Positions 1 through 14,499 of a stretch of 64,000 nucleotides of DNA are shown piece after piece (position 1 is the stretch's first letter; every line of letters begins with the position of its first letter). The notes under the pieces are model-generated. The model was not told the origin of the DNA, made no database searches, and was given only the letters and a program-made list of their open reading frames with translations. A program made the translations under genes and the position numbers. This DNA comes from Octopus vulgaris (lineage: Eukaryota). The stretch covers positions 111,476,001-111,540,000 of the forward strand of contig OX597821.1 of the NCBI GenBank assembly GCA_951406725.2, given 5' to 3'.

Positions 1-384
1 GTTCCAAGTACTCCACCACCAGCTCATAAACAGAGTCCAGTAGACGTAGGACCAGTGGGTTGTGCAAGCACTCAACTATTGGCCCACGAAAAAAATACAA
101 TACACAGGACTAGCGGGTAGTGCAATACCAGAGTCAGGGTCGGCACCTGACCCAGAGTCGGTACCTGACCCGAGAATCCACATGAAAAATGATTCCACAT
201 TCTGTGTGTATATTTCCGAGATGGCAACACTGCAGGCGAGCAGCTAGATGAATTTTGAGATTATTGAGAACCAGAAATAAGGATATCATGGTACTCTTAT
301 GGAGAACTTTCGTTCATAGTCATCTGAATTATTGTTCCTAAATGTGTTCAGCACAGAGCGTCGTCAAACTGATGGCAGGAATCG

Positions 385-820
385 GGGCAACCCAGCGCCG
401 TTACACTAAGAAGATTGAGCCACCGAAACAGATGAGTTACTGGGAGAGGCTAAAGAATTGAAGCTCTACTCCTTAGGGAGGCGACATATGGAAGAGTGTG
501 GAAGGTGCCAAACCACCCGTTTTATACATCTAGAATAAGGGCCCAGTATTGTAACAGTTCGGGCTTCAAAGGCCCACAACTATTCAACATCTTGATACTC
601 GACCTCAGAGATCTACTAGGTGTAGATGAATATGTTTTCAAAGAACGCTTGGCAATATTTATCTGAGATGCCAGATGAACCCACATCGCGGTGGAAGACG
701 CGAAGGAGAGCAGATCTGTTCAACTCGCTTTTTCACTAGAAACAATCCAGGAAGGAGAACTAATCATACAAAAGGCTGTGCCACAGTATGGCCTTAGCCT
801 CAAGTCGAAATCAGTAAATG
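385..820 (+). mobile_element. Decayed 3' end of CR1/L2-like LINE (ORF2 C-terminus plus tail)
   Basis: Manual translation gives QRRYTKKI..MSYWERLK..KLYSLGRR and GPQLFNIL..LRDL..PDEPT..NSL with frameshifts; homologous to 32380-32790. Confidence 0.7.
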
Positions 821-855
821 CATATCTATGGATATATATATATGAATATATATAC

Positions 856-988
856 TTCTTTACTACCCACAAGGGGCTAAACACAGAGGGGACAAACAAG
901 GACAGACAAAGGGATTCAGTCGATTACATCGACCCCAGTGCGTAACTGGTACTTAATTTATCGACCCCGAAAGGATGAAAGGCAAAGT
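856..988 (-). mobile_element. SINE family A, 3' part
   Basis: Reverse complement of the 3' half of 3325-3553. Confidence 0.85.
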
Positions 989-1128
989 ACACACACACAC
1001 ACACACATACATACATACATATACATACACAAGCACACAAACACTCACACACACACACACATATATATATTTATATGTAGATATGGATATATATATGTAT
1101 ACATATATTTATATATGAATATATATAT

Positions 1129-1178
<50 letters not shown>

Positions 1179-1180
1179 GT

Positions 1181-1253
<73 letters not shown>

Positions 1254-1294
1254 TATACACATATATACATACGTGCATATATATATATATATAT
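989..1294. repeat. (CA)n/(TA)n microsatellite tract
   Basis: Directly visible dinucleotide repeats. Confidence 0.95.
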
Positions 1295-2559
1295 CCAGTC
1301 AAAAGCTCTGGCAATTTCCTTAAATAATTACAACGAAAAGTGAGCATAAAAATAAAAATATATAAGAAAAAATAATAAAGAAAGAAAAACACAAAAAGTG
1401 GTCGTTAGTGTCATTGAAGACAGCATTTTAGGAAAAAAAATATTGGTTTTTCTATAAGGAGTTCTTAATTGAAAATGGCGAAATTCCAAAATCTTTGATC
1501 GCATCGTCTCAAACAGCAAGTCACAAAAGATAAATGGTTAGTATTTGTGTAAAACAGAATCAACGAAAGATTATTCTGCAGAATAGAATACCTTTAACCA
1601 AATTCTTTGAAGCTTATATCAGAAGGTGGTTGCTATAGTTTACTCAAGCGTGACAACCGAACGGAATGGAATTGGATAAGATAGCCGTCAACATAACGTC
1701 TGGAGAAAATGAGGAAGAAAAAAAATAGAGAAAATATTAAATGAAGAAAAAGAAAAAAATATGATGTTAGTGATGGAGGTGTTCTCATCAAAGAATAACA
1801 GATTTGTCAGTTGAAAATCATATTATGAGATTCTTTCTTCACTTAAATCACTTGGGAGAAAAAAATAGATGGCTCTGCAATATTAATCAATGTAATTAAC
1901 AATGTTTTGGTATAATTATGTCACAGCTATAGCTTATAATTATTTATGCAAAAGATTGGCGCTAAGGCTAGGCTTGCTCGCATGCAATACTAACTCTGTA
2001 AATATTTTTAAGAGAAAGTATGAATTTTATTTGTAGTAATTCCACACACTCCTATAACAATAGTATTAAAACAATTTTTTTCTCGTTTACCAATTTTTTT
2101 CATTTTAAAAATTATTTAATGTACAACAACTATGGAAATAAAATTACAACGATGATATATCATAAAATATAACACTTAATCAAGTGTTGTGTCGTCTGCA
2201 CGTTCTGTTTGATCACAGTTGACTGCTAGAATAGTGAGGACAACAGATAAAACGTCTGCAGTGTTTAGATACGGCATTTTATGTTCTGAATTCAAGACCA
2301 ACGGAGTTCAAATTTGTTTTCAAACCTTGTGGGGTGGATAAAAAACAGTTGTGTAATGCTGACTTAATATTTTTAGGAAACAATTTTGTGAATAGAGTAA
2401 TAGAAGACTAACATGTGACTTGTCTGCTCGTTCTGTTTGGTCACATATATTGTATGCGACCTTCATTTTGACCTGGTGATACGTGTGTGTGTGTGTCGTC
2501 TGTTTGTGTGTGTCGTCTGTTTAATATATATTCGACTCAGTAGCACAATTAGTCTCTCT

Positions 2560-2683
2560 CGTCTCACTCCCTCACTCAATCACTCCCTCACTCACTCACT
2601 CACTCACTCACTCACTCACTCACTCGATCGCTCGCTCACTCACTCACTCGCTCACTCACTCACTCATTCACTTACTCACTCTG

Positions 2684-2760
<77 letters not shown>
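2560..2760. repeat. (CACT)n followed by (CTAT)n tetranucleotide repeats
   Basis: Directly visible. Confidence 0.95.
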
Positions 2761-2761
<1 letters not shown>

Positions 2762-3324
2762 ACTTACGGACTCGCGCACACACACAGATACACATACACA
2801 CACTCTCTCTCCCTCTCTCACACACACCCTGAGACACTCTCTCTCAACCTCTCTCCCCTCTCTCTTTCTCTCTCTCTCATTCTCTTCCTTCACAACAGTG
2901 AATGTTCCGTTGTCATCCTTTCGCTATTTTAAATACTTTCCTCTCACCCTCTCCCTATTCCCCAAGCCTACTTTTTCTATCTCCTCTCATATTTTTCAAT
3001 AACATTCACACACAAACACACGCACACACAGAGAGAAAGAGAGAGTGGGAGAGAGAGATAAAAAGAAAGTGAGAGAGAAGGAAAGTGTGAAAGAGATAGA
3101 GATAGAGGGAGAAACATACACTTCCATAGATCCTTCCTTCTCCTCTCCTTTCCACACGCCAGTTTTCCTATTATAAAGTTTTACACCGGAGTTTGCGATT
3201 CGGTTTCAATTTCCAGCTACTCCTACTTACTTTTACTTTGATAATACGCCCGAGAGAGGCATGAATACCATATAATCTCTTCCTCTTCCATTGCCATTAT
3301 ATAAGATATATTTGATAAAGAGAA

Positions 3325-3553
3325 GGCGGCGAGCTGGCAGAATCGTTAGCACGCCGTGCGAAATGCGTAGCCGTATTTCGTCTGCCGTTACGTTCTGAGT
3401 TCAAATTCCGCCGAGGTCGACTTTGCCTTTCATCCTTTCGGGGTCGATAAATTAAGTACCAGTTACGCACTGGGGTCGGTGTAATCGACTTAATCCGTTT
3501 GTCTGTACTTGTTTGTCCCCTCTATGTTTAGCCCCTTGTGGGTAATAAAGAAA
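3325..3553 (+). mobile_element. SINE family A, full length, tRNA-derived
   Basis: A-box-like TGGCAGAATCGTTAGC, B-box GAGTTCAAATTCC, core CCTTTCATCCTTTCGGGGTCGATAAATTAAGTACCAG; more than 10 related copies in the window. Confidence 0.9.
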
Positions 3554-3849
3554 CATATATTTGACAAAGAAGAAAATGTGCTGTGGCAGATTTTCTTTTA
3601 TTCTTTTATTTGCTTCAGTCATTTGGATAAAAGTAGAATGAGGTACTATGGTCTCTTGGCTGAAACAGTTGTAAGATTTTATCCTATTTTCTATGTTCTA
3701 CATCATATATTTTAATAATTACTGGTATTTTTATATTCTATATTTTCTATATTATATATGTAAAGCATAATATGTTATACATGTATGTATATTGCTACAA
3801 TTGTCTTTTTTTTAAAAATAAATAAATAGACATAATATAATGTCTATAT

Positions 3850-3906
<57 letters not shown>

Positions 3907-4061
3907 TATCTATATATGAGTACACACACACAGTTGATGAATACCACCTCTTGATCCCCTCCATTTTCTTATTGCGAAATAAATTTAGGGTAAAAATAAC
4001 TTTTTACCCTCACTCGGGAATATAATTGCCTTGCAATGAAAAAACGCTTGTGTATTAATAA

Positions 4062-5167
4062 CTAGCAGCATAGCCCGGCGTTGCCCGTGTATGTAAGAGC
4101 CCCTAGTAGGCGACGACTAATCCCAATCTAATTCTTTCCCTCTAGGGAACGAAGGCGCATGTGTAGGTTGCAATGTCTTCTCTTCACTCGAATACTTCTG
4201 TGTATACGATGTTCCTAGCTGTCCCTTTGGGCGAAAACATGAAAACATCATTGCGCCTCCCAACGCGTGAACAGCCCACGTAGAGTTGACCGTGGGCGAA
4301 GCACTGTTTGCCTAAATGTAACCCAGCGCCTTGTAGCGTTTGGCCTCGGGATTTATTGATGGACATTGCGAAGCAGAGTTTAACAGGAAACTGAGAACGC
4401 CTGAAGTGGATTGGTAGGTCAGCGCCCGACGGTTGAAGGTGCATGCATGGAATGAAGACGTTCTCTCCCTTCCCACAACCGGTAAGTATTGTGGCCGTTA
4501 TTAAATGTGGTGCCAAATGTTTCACAACCAGACGTGTGCCGTTGCACTGTTTAGGTCGAGTTGCATCCCCTAGACAGTCTGTGGTTTGTGTTTAATACAC
4601 AAATCGGTTTGCTATGAGTGCCACATATGATTTAATTAACCGATTTTTTCCAGTAATAAAGTATCCTATTGGAATAAAAAGGGCCATATAGCTCCTTGGA
4701 GCAGACATGATGCTCGCTGTGAATTTAAAAAATAATTCCTGCCAATTTGTGAAAGATATTGTCGAAAATATGTCATCTTGAATTTGAACGCGATTTCCCA
4801 ATTATCGATTTTTTTCTGATGGTAAGGTATTTCATGGAAAACTAACGTCAGAATTAAGTTTTTTAGGGTAACATTAAGCTTCACCATGAGTTTGGTGAAA
4901 ATCGATTGCAAGTTGCGAAAACTACAACAGAAAATGTGTTGCATATAAAAAGCTTAGATTCTCGACCCCATGTCGAATTTATCGATTTGTTTCAGAACTG
5001 GGGGAACTTTTCAAAATTTTCGCTGCGTTAGTTTTGAATTATGACATTGGGCTATGTGTGTGTCGAGTTTCATCAGAATCGGTTGAAAACTGTGGTCAGG
5101 GTGAGGGTACAACCTGACAGACACACAGACACACAGACAGACAAACTGCCGTTTATATAGAGAGAGA
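4062..5167 (-). mobile_element. Internally deleted Helitron
   Basis: On the minus strand starts TC(TCTCTCTATATAAA), ends with a GC-rich subterminal hairpin and CTAG, inserted between A and T; carries a PIF1 helicase fragment. Confidence 0.85.
4184..4555 (-). pseudogene. Helitron RepHel PIF1-type helicase, C-terminal fragment
   Basis: CNGTRLVVK..FRRSQFPVKLCFAMSINKSRGQTL..CFAHGQLYVGCSRV..NIVYTEV, typical of the Helitron helicase C-terminus; N-terminal part absent. Confidence 0.9.
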
Positions 5168-5277
5168 TTGGGTATTCTACCAGCAGTATTAGATAGATAT
5201 CCCTTAGTTGGGTGGATTCATAACCTCTAACTCTCTTGGAATAACTCTCTTGGAATTATATATATATATATATATAT

Positions 5278-5416
5278 GACAGGCTTCTTTCAGTTTCCGT
5301 CTACCAAATCCACTTACAAGGCTTTGGTCGGCCCGAGGCTATAGTAGAAGACACTTTCCCAAAGTGCCACGCAGTGGGACTGAATCCAGAACCATGTGGT
5401 TGGTAAGCCACTCCTA
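5278..5416 (-). mobile_element. SINE family B, 5' half
   Basis: Reverse complement of about 52195-52350. Confidence 0.85.
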
Positions 5417-5892
5417 TTTATTTTTCATGCTGTAGTGGTGGATGAGGGGACAGGTCCCATACACTAGGTAGGTTAAATGGAAGACGTTATCCTCATATTA
5501 GAGATAAGATCCAAATATTTGTACAGAGCAGACTCCACTGTAAGCACGCAAGGACCAAGCGGTAGTAGTAAATCGGATGGCGGATTAAATTTACCGTCCA
5601 AGAACAAGGACGAACTCTCTGAGAGGCCTCCACAGATTTCGTTTATCATCTTTCACAGACAGTCTCTGGTTGATTCACAGACAGTCTCTGATTATGGGAA
5701 AAGACATTTACTGAAGGTGAGATTTATCGTAACCGGACTCCAAATGACATAGCTGCGAGGAGAACTTTTGCATCACACAGTCATGTTTGCGCCCATAGGG
5801 AAGGATCTCAACGAAACACTATCTCTGAAACCTATCAGATATGCCGGAGATTCAGGGGTGACACGCGATGGACTATGAAAAATTCTCCATAC

Positions 5893-6047
5893 AGGTTCAG
5901 ACGTGGCTGTGTGGTAAGAAGTTTGCGTCCCAACCACATGGCTCCGGGTTCAGTCCCACTGCGTGGTATCTTGTTTTCTACTATAGCCTCGGCCCAACCA
6001 AAGCCTTGTGAGTGTATTCAGTATACAGAAACTGAAAGAAGCCCATC
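5893..6047 (+). mobile_element. SINE family B, 5' half
   Basis: GTGGCTGTGTGGTAAG..GGGTTCAGTCCCACTGCGTGG..AAACTGAAAGAAGCCC. Confidence 0.85.
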
Positions 6048-6174
6048 ACAAACTCGCTACCACACACACACACACACAGAGACGCACACACACATACTGA
6101 CCATTTTTGTATTCTCCTGTCCCAGAAAGCACTTTCTCTTCATTCGTTCTACTCTCGGTCACTTCAAAAATGGA

Positions 6175-6365
6175 GCCACACGTGACTGTTGGCGATCTTT
6201 TTCCTCCTACGTCTTTGACTGTTTTTCTTGATTCCGAAGAAGAGCTGTGCTCGAAACGTAAACCTACTACTCTTTTCCTTCTCTGAGCGTCTTTTTGATA
6301 CATTGCTTATGCTACGTCCACACGTTCGTTGGTTTTTTTTTTCTCTGTTTTTTAATTGATGTATT
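6175..6365 (+). mobile_element. Short hammerhead-bearing element, family H1 (Penelope-like non-autonomous)
   Basis: CCGAAGA-A-GAGC-TGT-GCTC-GAAA-CGTA at 6234-6260; similar to 40437-40620; ends in (TA)n. Confidence 0.6.
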
Positions 6366-6374
6366 ATATATATA

Positions 6375-6511
<137 letters not shown>

Positions 6512-6791
6512 ATGTGTGTATGAGTGTGTGTCTTTGTTTCTTTGGCCGCAGTCTAATGCCTGAAACAAGCGCAAGATAAAAGATAAAAGATAGAAAACCA
6601 TGTAATAAAAAAACGTTTATATTTAGGCATTTGCCAAAATCCTTGTCAGTCATGATATGCTGTAGATTCGTTGAAATCCGATCGACTATGAAAAATCTCC
6701 TTTCAATAATCATTAATTATTGAAAGAAATGCTGAGTAAAGTAAATATTTCAGTAACAACGAAAAGATCGAATGTTCCTTGTTACATATTG

Positions 6792-7019
6792 GATGTCGTC
6801 TGTATTTGAAGATAGTTCACCGATGATGTCGTCTGTATTTGAAGATAATCCGTCGATGATGTCGTCTGTATTTGAAGATAATCCACCGATGATGTCGTCC
6901 GTATTTGAAGATAATTCACTAATGATATCGTCTGTATTTGAAGATAATCCACCAATCATGTTGCCTGTATTTGAAGATAATCCACCGGTGATGGCTGTAT
7001 TTGAAGATAATCCACCGAT
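6792..7019. repeat. 33-bp minisatellite, 7 copies
   Basis: Unit GATGTCGTCTGTATTTGAAGATAATCCACCGAT; last copy is 30 bp. Confidence 0.95.
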
Positions 7020-7051
7020 GAATGCTTTTGTATTAAAACATAAACGTTTAT

Positions 7052-7231
7052 GGAGACGCGCTGGCAGAATAGTTACCGCGCCGGACAAAATGCTTCGCGG
7101 AATTTCGTCCGTCTTTACGTTCTGAAATCAAATTCCACCGAGGTCGACTGTGCCTTTCATCCTTTTCATCGGGGTCGATGCAATCGATTTGTCTTCTTCC
7201 CAGATATTGCTGGCCTTGAGCCAAAATCTGA
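7052..7231 (+). mobile_element. SINE family A with internal deletion and alternative tail
   Basis: CTGGCAGAATAGTTACC..CCGAGGTCGAC..CCTTTCATCCTTT. Confidence 0.8.
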
Positions 7232-7787
7232 GGTCAATATTGACGTTATTAGATGTACATACATAATGTCTAGATATGCAAGTGTGCGCACGAGAAGACA
7301 TACATAAAACAAAACATACAAATTTGCACGTATACATACATACATACATACATACATACATACATACATACATACATACATACATACATACATACATGCA
7401 TGCATGCATACATACATGGTGGCTGACCCCTCATTATCGAGTATGGCCATTGCACGAAGCTTAATCAATGTTGTTATCATGCAATGCCTGTGCAAGAAGA
7501 TATTTTTTAAGTGAGGAAAGGCTGTGCATTGAGTCAATCCCACTCACTAAGCAACAGCAGCCATAATCCGAAATGAAGAACAAGTCAACATCATCGGTAA
7601 CCACTGAGCCGCAGGTTTTATGTCGGAGTTATCCGAGTTACCTGAGTTACCTTCTCCTAGAAGGATGCCCTAACAAAGGCTAGGAGTCCTTCACTCCCAA
7701 TGGTTAAACCGCGCGATCGGGTATTCAGTCCGATTATTTCTGTCCCCGCGCATGATACAGCCTTAAGACATTTATTGGATGTATTTT

Positions 7788-7819
<32 letters not shown>

Positions 7820-8379
7820 TGTATGTATGTATGTATGTATGTATGTATGTATGTATGAGCTGCAGGCCTCCATTACTAAGCAGAGGTTGTGTGAAAGGAT
7901 TTGCGTATTTGAGCGTGAATTTCAGATTGATATCAGAAATTAACCTCGGCTTCGACTGTGTAATGTTTTAGTGTATATAATTAGTTCAGCTCTATTGTGA
8001 TTTAGAGAACATCAAAACTTGATAATGTCTGTCTCTCTCAGTTATTTACACACCAGTTAGGGAAGTGAAAGCGAATGACGGCTGGAGAAGAGGCGAGGAG
8101 GATGAGGAGAGAGAGAGAGAGAGAGAAGGAGGGTGAAGTGATAAATAAATAAGACAACACAGATAAACAATGAGAAAGTGCATGAGTGAATGTGTGTATG
8201 TGTAAATATAATTTCCTAAGTATATGCCAATTTGCATTAGTCTCAATTCTTAAATGCACAACAGATTTGTCATGCGTGTAGACACATATGGAAATGTACG
8301 AGTGCGCTGCCTCCATTACAACTGTACACATGTACACAGAAGTATATATGTATATATATATATGTGTGTGTGTGGATAG

Positions 8380-8477
<98 letters not shown>

Positions 8478-8551
8478 TGATATATGTGCATACATATATG
8501 TATATATGAACGTATATATATATATATATATACACATACAAACCTATATAC

Positions 8552-8585
<34 letters not shown>

Positions 8586-8624
8586 GGGGGGAGGGAAGTG
8601 AAAGATAGATAAGTATTCTATATA

Positions 8625-9387
8625 CAGGAGTTGGACAAAATAACGGAAACACCTAGCATCCTAGCATCATAATTTTGAAATATCTGTAAACGCTTGTATA
8701 TTTTTATGTTTTTTATATTTATTATTAATATTGCTCAATATGTTTTGCTGAAATTGCTGTTTCTTTTCAGATACCATCAGAAAAGGTAATCATAATTCAC
8801 TAAAACGACAGATCTATCGGACTTTCAAAGAGGTCAAATTGTTGGTTCTCGTATGGCAGGCGCTAGCGTAACGAAAACAGCTGAAATGTTTGGTGTATCT
8901 AGAAGTACTGCCTCGAAAGTATTGACAGCCTTTGAGAAAAAGGGAAAAAAAACCTTCTCGTCGAAACAAGATCAAATTCATCTTATAGTTGCGGAACTTT
9001 TTCCGGAGGGAAACACAATCTTTGAGGATGATAATGCACCAATTCACACAGCTAAAGCTGTTACTGAATGGCACGAGGAACAATCTAGTGAAGTTGAACA
9101 TCTTATCTGGCCACCACAGTCCCCAGATCTCAATATTACTGAATATTTATGGTGCATTTGAGAAAAACAAGTAAGGAGTCGATATCCTCCACGATCATCA
9201 CTACAAGAACAGGAGACTGTTTTGGCTGGAAAATGGACAAAAATTCCTTTGGAAATAATTCAAACTTTGTACGAGTTCATAATTCGTAGAATTCAAGCTG
9301 CAATTACTGCCAAAGGCGGTCCAAACCAATATTAAAATTAATTTGTCTGAAATTTTAAGGTGTTTCCATTATTTTGTCCAGCCCCTG
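8625..9387 (+). mobile_element. Internally deleted Tc1-like DNA transposon
   Basis: TIRs CAGGAGTTGGACAAAATAACGGAAACACCT / AGGTGTTTCCATTATTTTGTCCAGCCCCTG, 5' TA; ORF 8853-9161 has HTH remnant, DDNAPIH and WPPQSPDLNITEYLW. Confidence 0.9.
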
Positions 9388-9392
9388 CATAT

Positions 9393-9612
9393 AGTCAATT
9401 CAAATAAAGAAACTATTCAAATAAACGAATAAAAAAAAGAAAAAAGCGAAAGAAAAGGAAAACAAAGAAAATGAGGACGTGCGCAAGAAGTGTATTAGTT
9501 TGACGCTCGGTGAAAGGAGGGAGTTTAACATTTCGAGCATAGCTCTTTGTCGGAAAGGAGAAGGGGGAAAAGTCTAAAAAAGGAAAAGAAATCGTCAACA
9601 GTACGTATGGTT
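9393..9612 (-). mobile_element. Family H1 element, decayed hammerhead
   Basis: Minus strand CCGACAA-A-GAGC-TAT-GCTC-GAAA-TGTT; similar to 53390-53593. Confidence 0.55.
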
Positions 9613-9685
9613 ATACACAATGTATAAACTACACAATTACAAAATACCACTCACATACGAACACACACTTTCTGTCTGTACATCC

Positions 9686-10208
<523 letters not shown>

Positions 10209-10552
10209 ATGGGATTTTGAAGCGTATCCGTTTACAAAAATTCCACACGCAAGGTACTGACCAACTTTGCAGAGTCACAAAATCCATGCTAAAATAAACA
10301 CGAAGCCCATAAACCCCATGCACAGATAAACAATGAGATCGAACCCGGAACGTCGTGGTTACAAGACAAACTTTTTCAAACGGCCATGTTTGTCTGAAAG
10401 TAATTTTAGAAATATTTTTGCGAACAGTTTTGGTGAGAAATATCACGCTTGCTGTAATTACGGTTGTATTCTGTGGAACTTGTTACGTGTGATATTACGA
10501 AATGTGTGTGTGTCTGAGTGTGTATGCATGTACATATATACATATCCATATG

Positions 10553-10605
<53 letters not shown>

Positions 10606-10751
10606 TATCTACACATATAACCACACAAACGTATTTAAGCATGTGTGTGTATTAATATATATTCATATATGTGCACATATATATGCATGTATGTAAAAAT
10701 ATATACATACATATACATAAATACACACACACACACACATATATTCTTGTA

Positions 10752-11552
<801 letters not shown>

Positions 11553-11571
11553 TCACACATATATATATATA

Positions 11572-11769
11572 TAGGGAGAGTTTACGAAAAAAACAAAAGA
11601 CGAAGACAGGTGGTGTACAAAACAAACAGATGTATTAGTATAACGCTCAGGAATAGAAAGAGTCTTTTATGTTTCGAGCCTACGCTCTTCTACAGAAAGG
11701 GACACAGAAAAAAACAAGGAGAGAAACAAGGATAGAAAAAAATGTGTGTAGTGGCTAACGATCTATCAT
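11572..11769 (-). mobile_element. Family H1 element
   Basis: Near-identical reverse complement of 40437-40620. Confidence 0.8.
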
Positions 11770-12317
11770 TCATACATATGTACGTATAAATGTGTCATAT
11801 CATTACGAATGGATGAGTGAGTATGAGTGTGTGTATGTGAATGTTTAAAAGCATGTATGTTTAGAAATAGCTGTCAGTTAACATATGTATATCAGCAGAT
11901 TGTGTTGTTTGGTTTTCCAGAAATGAGGGAACATACTGTTATAGACGTGCGTGTGAGTATATACTGTGTGTGTATGTGTGTATACTGTGTGTGTATATAG
12001 TGTGTGTATATACTGTCTCTGTACACCATGTAGAATGATTGAGCAGTTTACATTTCAGTGAAGTTCAATATGCTTCAAAATTGAATCATACATACACGTG
12101 TGTACTTATGTTTGTATGTGTGTGTGCGTGTGTGTGCGATGTGTGCGTGTGTGTTTGTGTGTGTGTATATGTGCGTGTTGTGTGCGTATGTGTCTGTACG
12201 TCTGTGTGTATGTGTGTTTGTGTGCGTTTGTGTTCGTGTGTGTGTGCGCGTGAGAGTTGTGTACGTGTGTTTGTATATGTGCGTCTGTGTTTGTGTTTTA
12301 TGTGTGTGTGTGCCTGT

Positions 12318-12348
<31 letters not shown>

Positions 12349-12439
12349 TGTATGCATGTGTGTGTGCATGTGAGCGTGTGTGTGTGTGCGCGTCCTGTGC
12401 GTGTGTGTTTGTACCCCTGTGTGTGGGTTTGTGTGTGTG

Positions 12440-13064
12440 ATCTTCCATCGAAATATTAAACGTCGTAAACAGAGGCTTGGTAAAAGGGAAAAAGTTCAAC
12501 CACAACTGAGAAGGGAATTTCAAGGAAAAAAAAGTTCTCACCATCTGGTGGTATTGCAAAGGAGTAATTCACTTTGAATTGTTACCACCTAATGCAACAA
12601 TCAATACTCAAGTTTACTGTCAGCAATTAGAGCGTTTGGATCAAGTTTTGAAGAAAAAAGACCCACTTTAGTGAATCGAAAAGGAGTGATGTTTCATCAG
12701 GACAATGCCCGACCTCACACTACAAAGATCACATCACAGAAGATCGAAGAGCTTGGTGGGTAAAAAATTCCTCATCCACCTTATTCTTCCGACCTTGTTC
12801 CTTCAGACTACCATTTGTTTCGTAGTTTACAAAAATCATTTGGGGAACATAACTTTCGCAAACCAGGGGGAGGTCATTTCAGAGTTCTTCGCTTGGAAAC
12901 CAAAAGAGTTTTACATTGATGGGATTAAAAAGCTTGTAAATAGATGGAAGGAAGTCATAGATAATCAGGGAAAGTACATAGATGATTAAATTTCAATTAA
13001 ATATAATATTTGATCACTTGTTTTCTTTATTCAAAATTCGGACAGAACTTATGGGATGACCTGA
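12440..13064 (+). mobile_element. Mariner transposon, 5'-truncated, frameshifted transposase
   Basis: IWWYCKGVIHFELLPPNATIN..YCQQL, HQDNARPH, HPPYSSDLVPSDYHLFRSL, GIKKLVNRWKEVIDNQGKYI; right TIR ..CGGACAGAACTTATGGGATGACCTGA followed by TA. Confidence 0.9.
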
Positions 13065-13078
13065 TAACTCACATCCTT

Positions 13079-13123
13079 TGTCCGGAAATCTTTCGTCACA
13101 CATCTGTGACCTCTTCAGCGACA
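13079..13123 (-). ncRNA. Type-I hammerhead ribozyme motif, core intact
   Basis: Minus strand TGTCG-CTGAAGA-g-GTCACA-gatg-TGTGAC-GAAA-GATT-TC-CGGACA. Confidence 0.6.
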
Positions 13124-13205
13124 TTTTTCGTGGTGTTCCAGCATGACCACAGCCACCCAGCTGAAACATATAAAGAAATAAAATAATATATGTGTGTGTG
13201 TGTTT

Positions 13206-13237
<32 letters not shown>

Positions 13238-14499
13238 GTTTTCATTTAAAAGTAGCCATTAATTTCTTGTTCCGCGGTTCATTTTGTGGAATTCTCCCTC
13301 TCTTTCCACATTTCCGATTCTGTTTCAACATTTAGATTTCCATGTTACAATTCAACTCCTTCTTTCAGCCAGAAACAAAACATTTAAATATTGAATTAAC
13401 CAAAGTTCAGAATTCGCTCCATTTCCCTTCTTTCTTTTCTTCTCTGTTTTTTTTTTTATAGTTTTTAAAAAAAATTTCTACTGCTTATTCATTTAGTTTA
13501 TGCATGCATGCATGTGTATGTATGTATGCATGTATGTATATAGTTATGTGTGTGTGTATGTGTGTGTGTGTGTGTGTGTGTTTCGTTTTATTTTTTTAAT
13601 TTATTCATCGCTTTTAAAATTCTATTTCTACTTTTAAATCCATCAATATCATTTTTTAAAATTTGAATTTATTTTTTTTGCCTTTTCTCTCTTTTCTCCT
13701 TTCTCCTTTCTTTCTCTCCTCCTTCTCGCCCTTCTTCTTCTTCTTCTTCTTCTTCTTCTTCTTCTTCTTCTTCTTCTTCTTCTTCTTCTTCTTCTCCGTC
13801 TCTCTTTTTCACCCTCTCTTTCAATCTTTTACTCTCTCCCTCTCTATTTCCCTCTGCCTATCTGTCTGTTTGTCTCTCTTTCTCTTTCTCTCTGTCTCTC
13901 TCTCCTTTTCCCTCTCTCTCTCTTCCGATTTACCTCTCTATTTCTCCCTTAAAAAACAATTACTCAAAAGCTGTATCTTAATCAATCTATCAGTCTCCCT
14001 TCTCCTTTCTTTTTATCTCTCTATCTTCCTCTCTCTCTATCTCTCTAATTCTCTCTCTCTCTTTGTTTATGTATCCATCTGTTTGCCTAACAGTCTGTTT
14101 ATTAATGTCCCCACTACTACCACCCACCACCCACCACCACCACCACCCTCCTCCTACTACCACCCTCCTCCCACCACCTTCCACCACCACCCTCCTCCTC
14201 CCGCCGACGCCACCATGACCACGACGACGACGACCACCACCATCACCACCACCACCACTACCCCCACCATTCCTTTGCGTGTAACCTATCTTCGTCGTCG
14301 ACACAAAATGCGAATTCAATACCTTTTCCAATATCTATCATTAGACTTAATATTCTCTCTGTCCCCTATCCCTCTCTCCCTTTCTCTCTCTCTCCCTTTC
14401 TTCCCTCTCTCTCTCTCTCCGTCTATTAGTCTGTCTTTGCCTGTCTGTCTGTCTGTCTGTTTTCCTTTCCTCTCTCTTTCCTCCCTCTCGCGCTGTTTC

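Noticed and set aside
4184-4525. Host PIF1 helicase exon
   Set aside because: Lies inside Helitron termini and has the Helitron-type NIVY.EV ending
6792-7019. CRISPR-like array (also considered for 36609-36860 and 59385-59865)
   Set aside because: Units are head-to-tail with no unique spacers, there are no cas genes, and the context is eukaryotic
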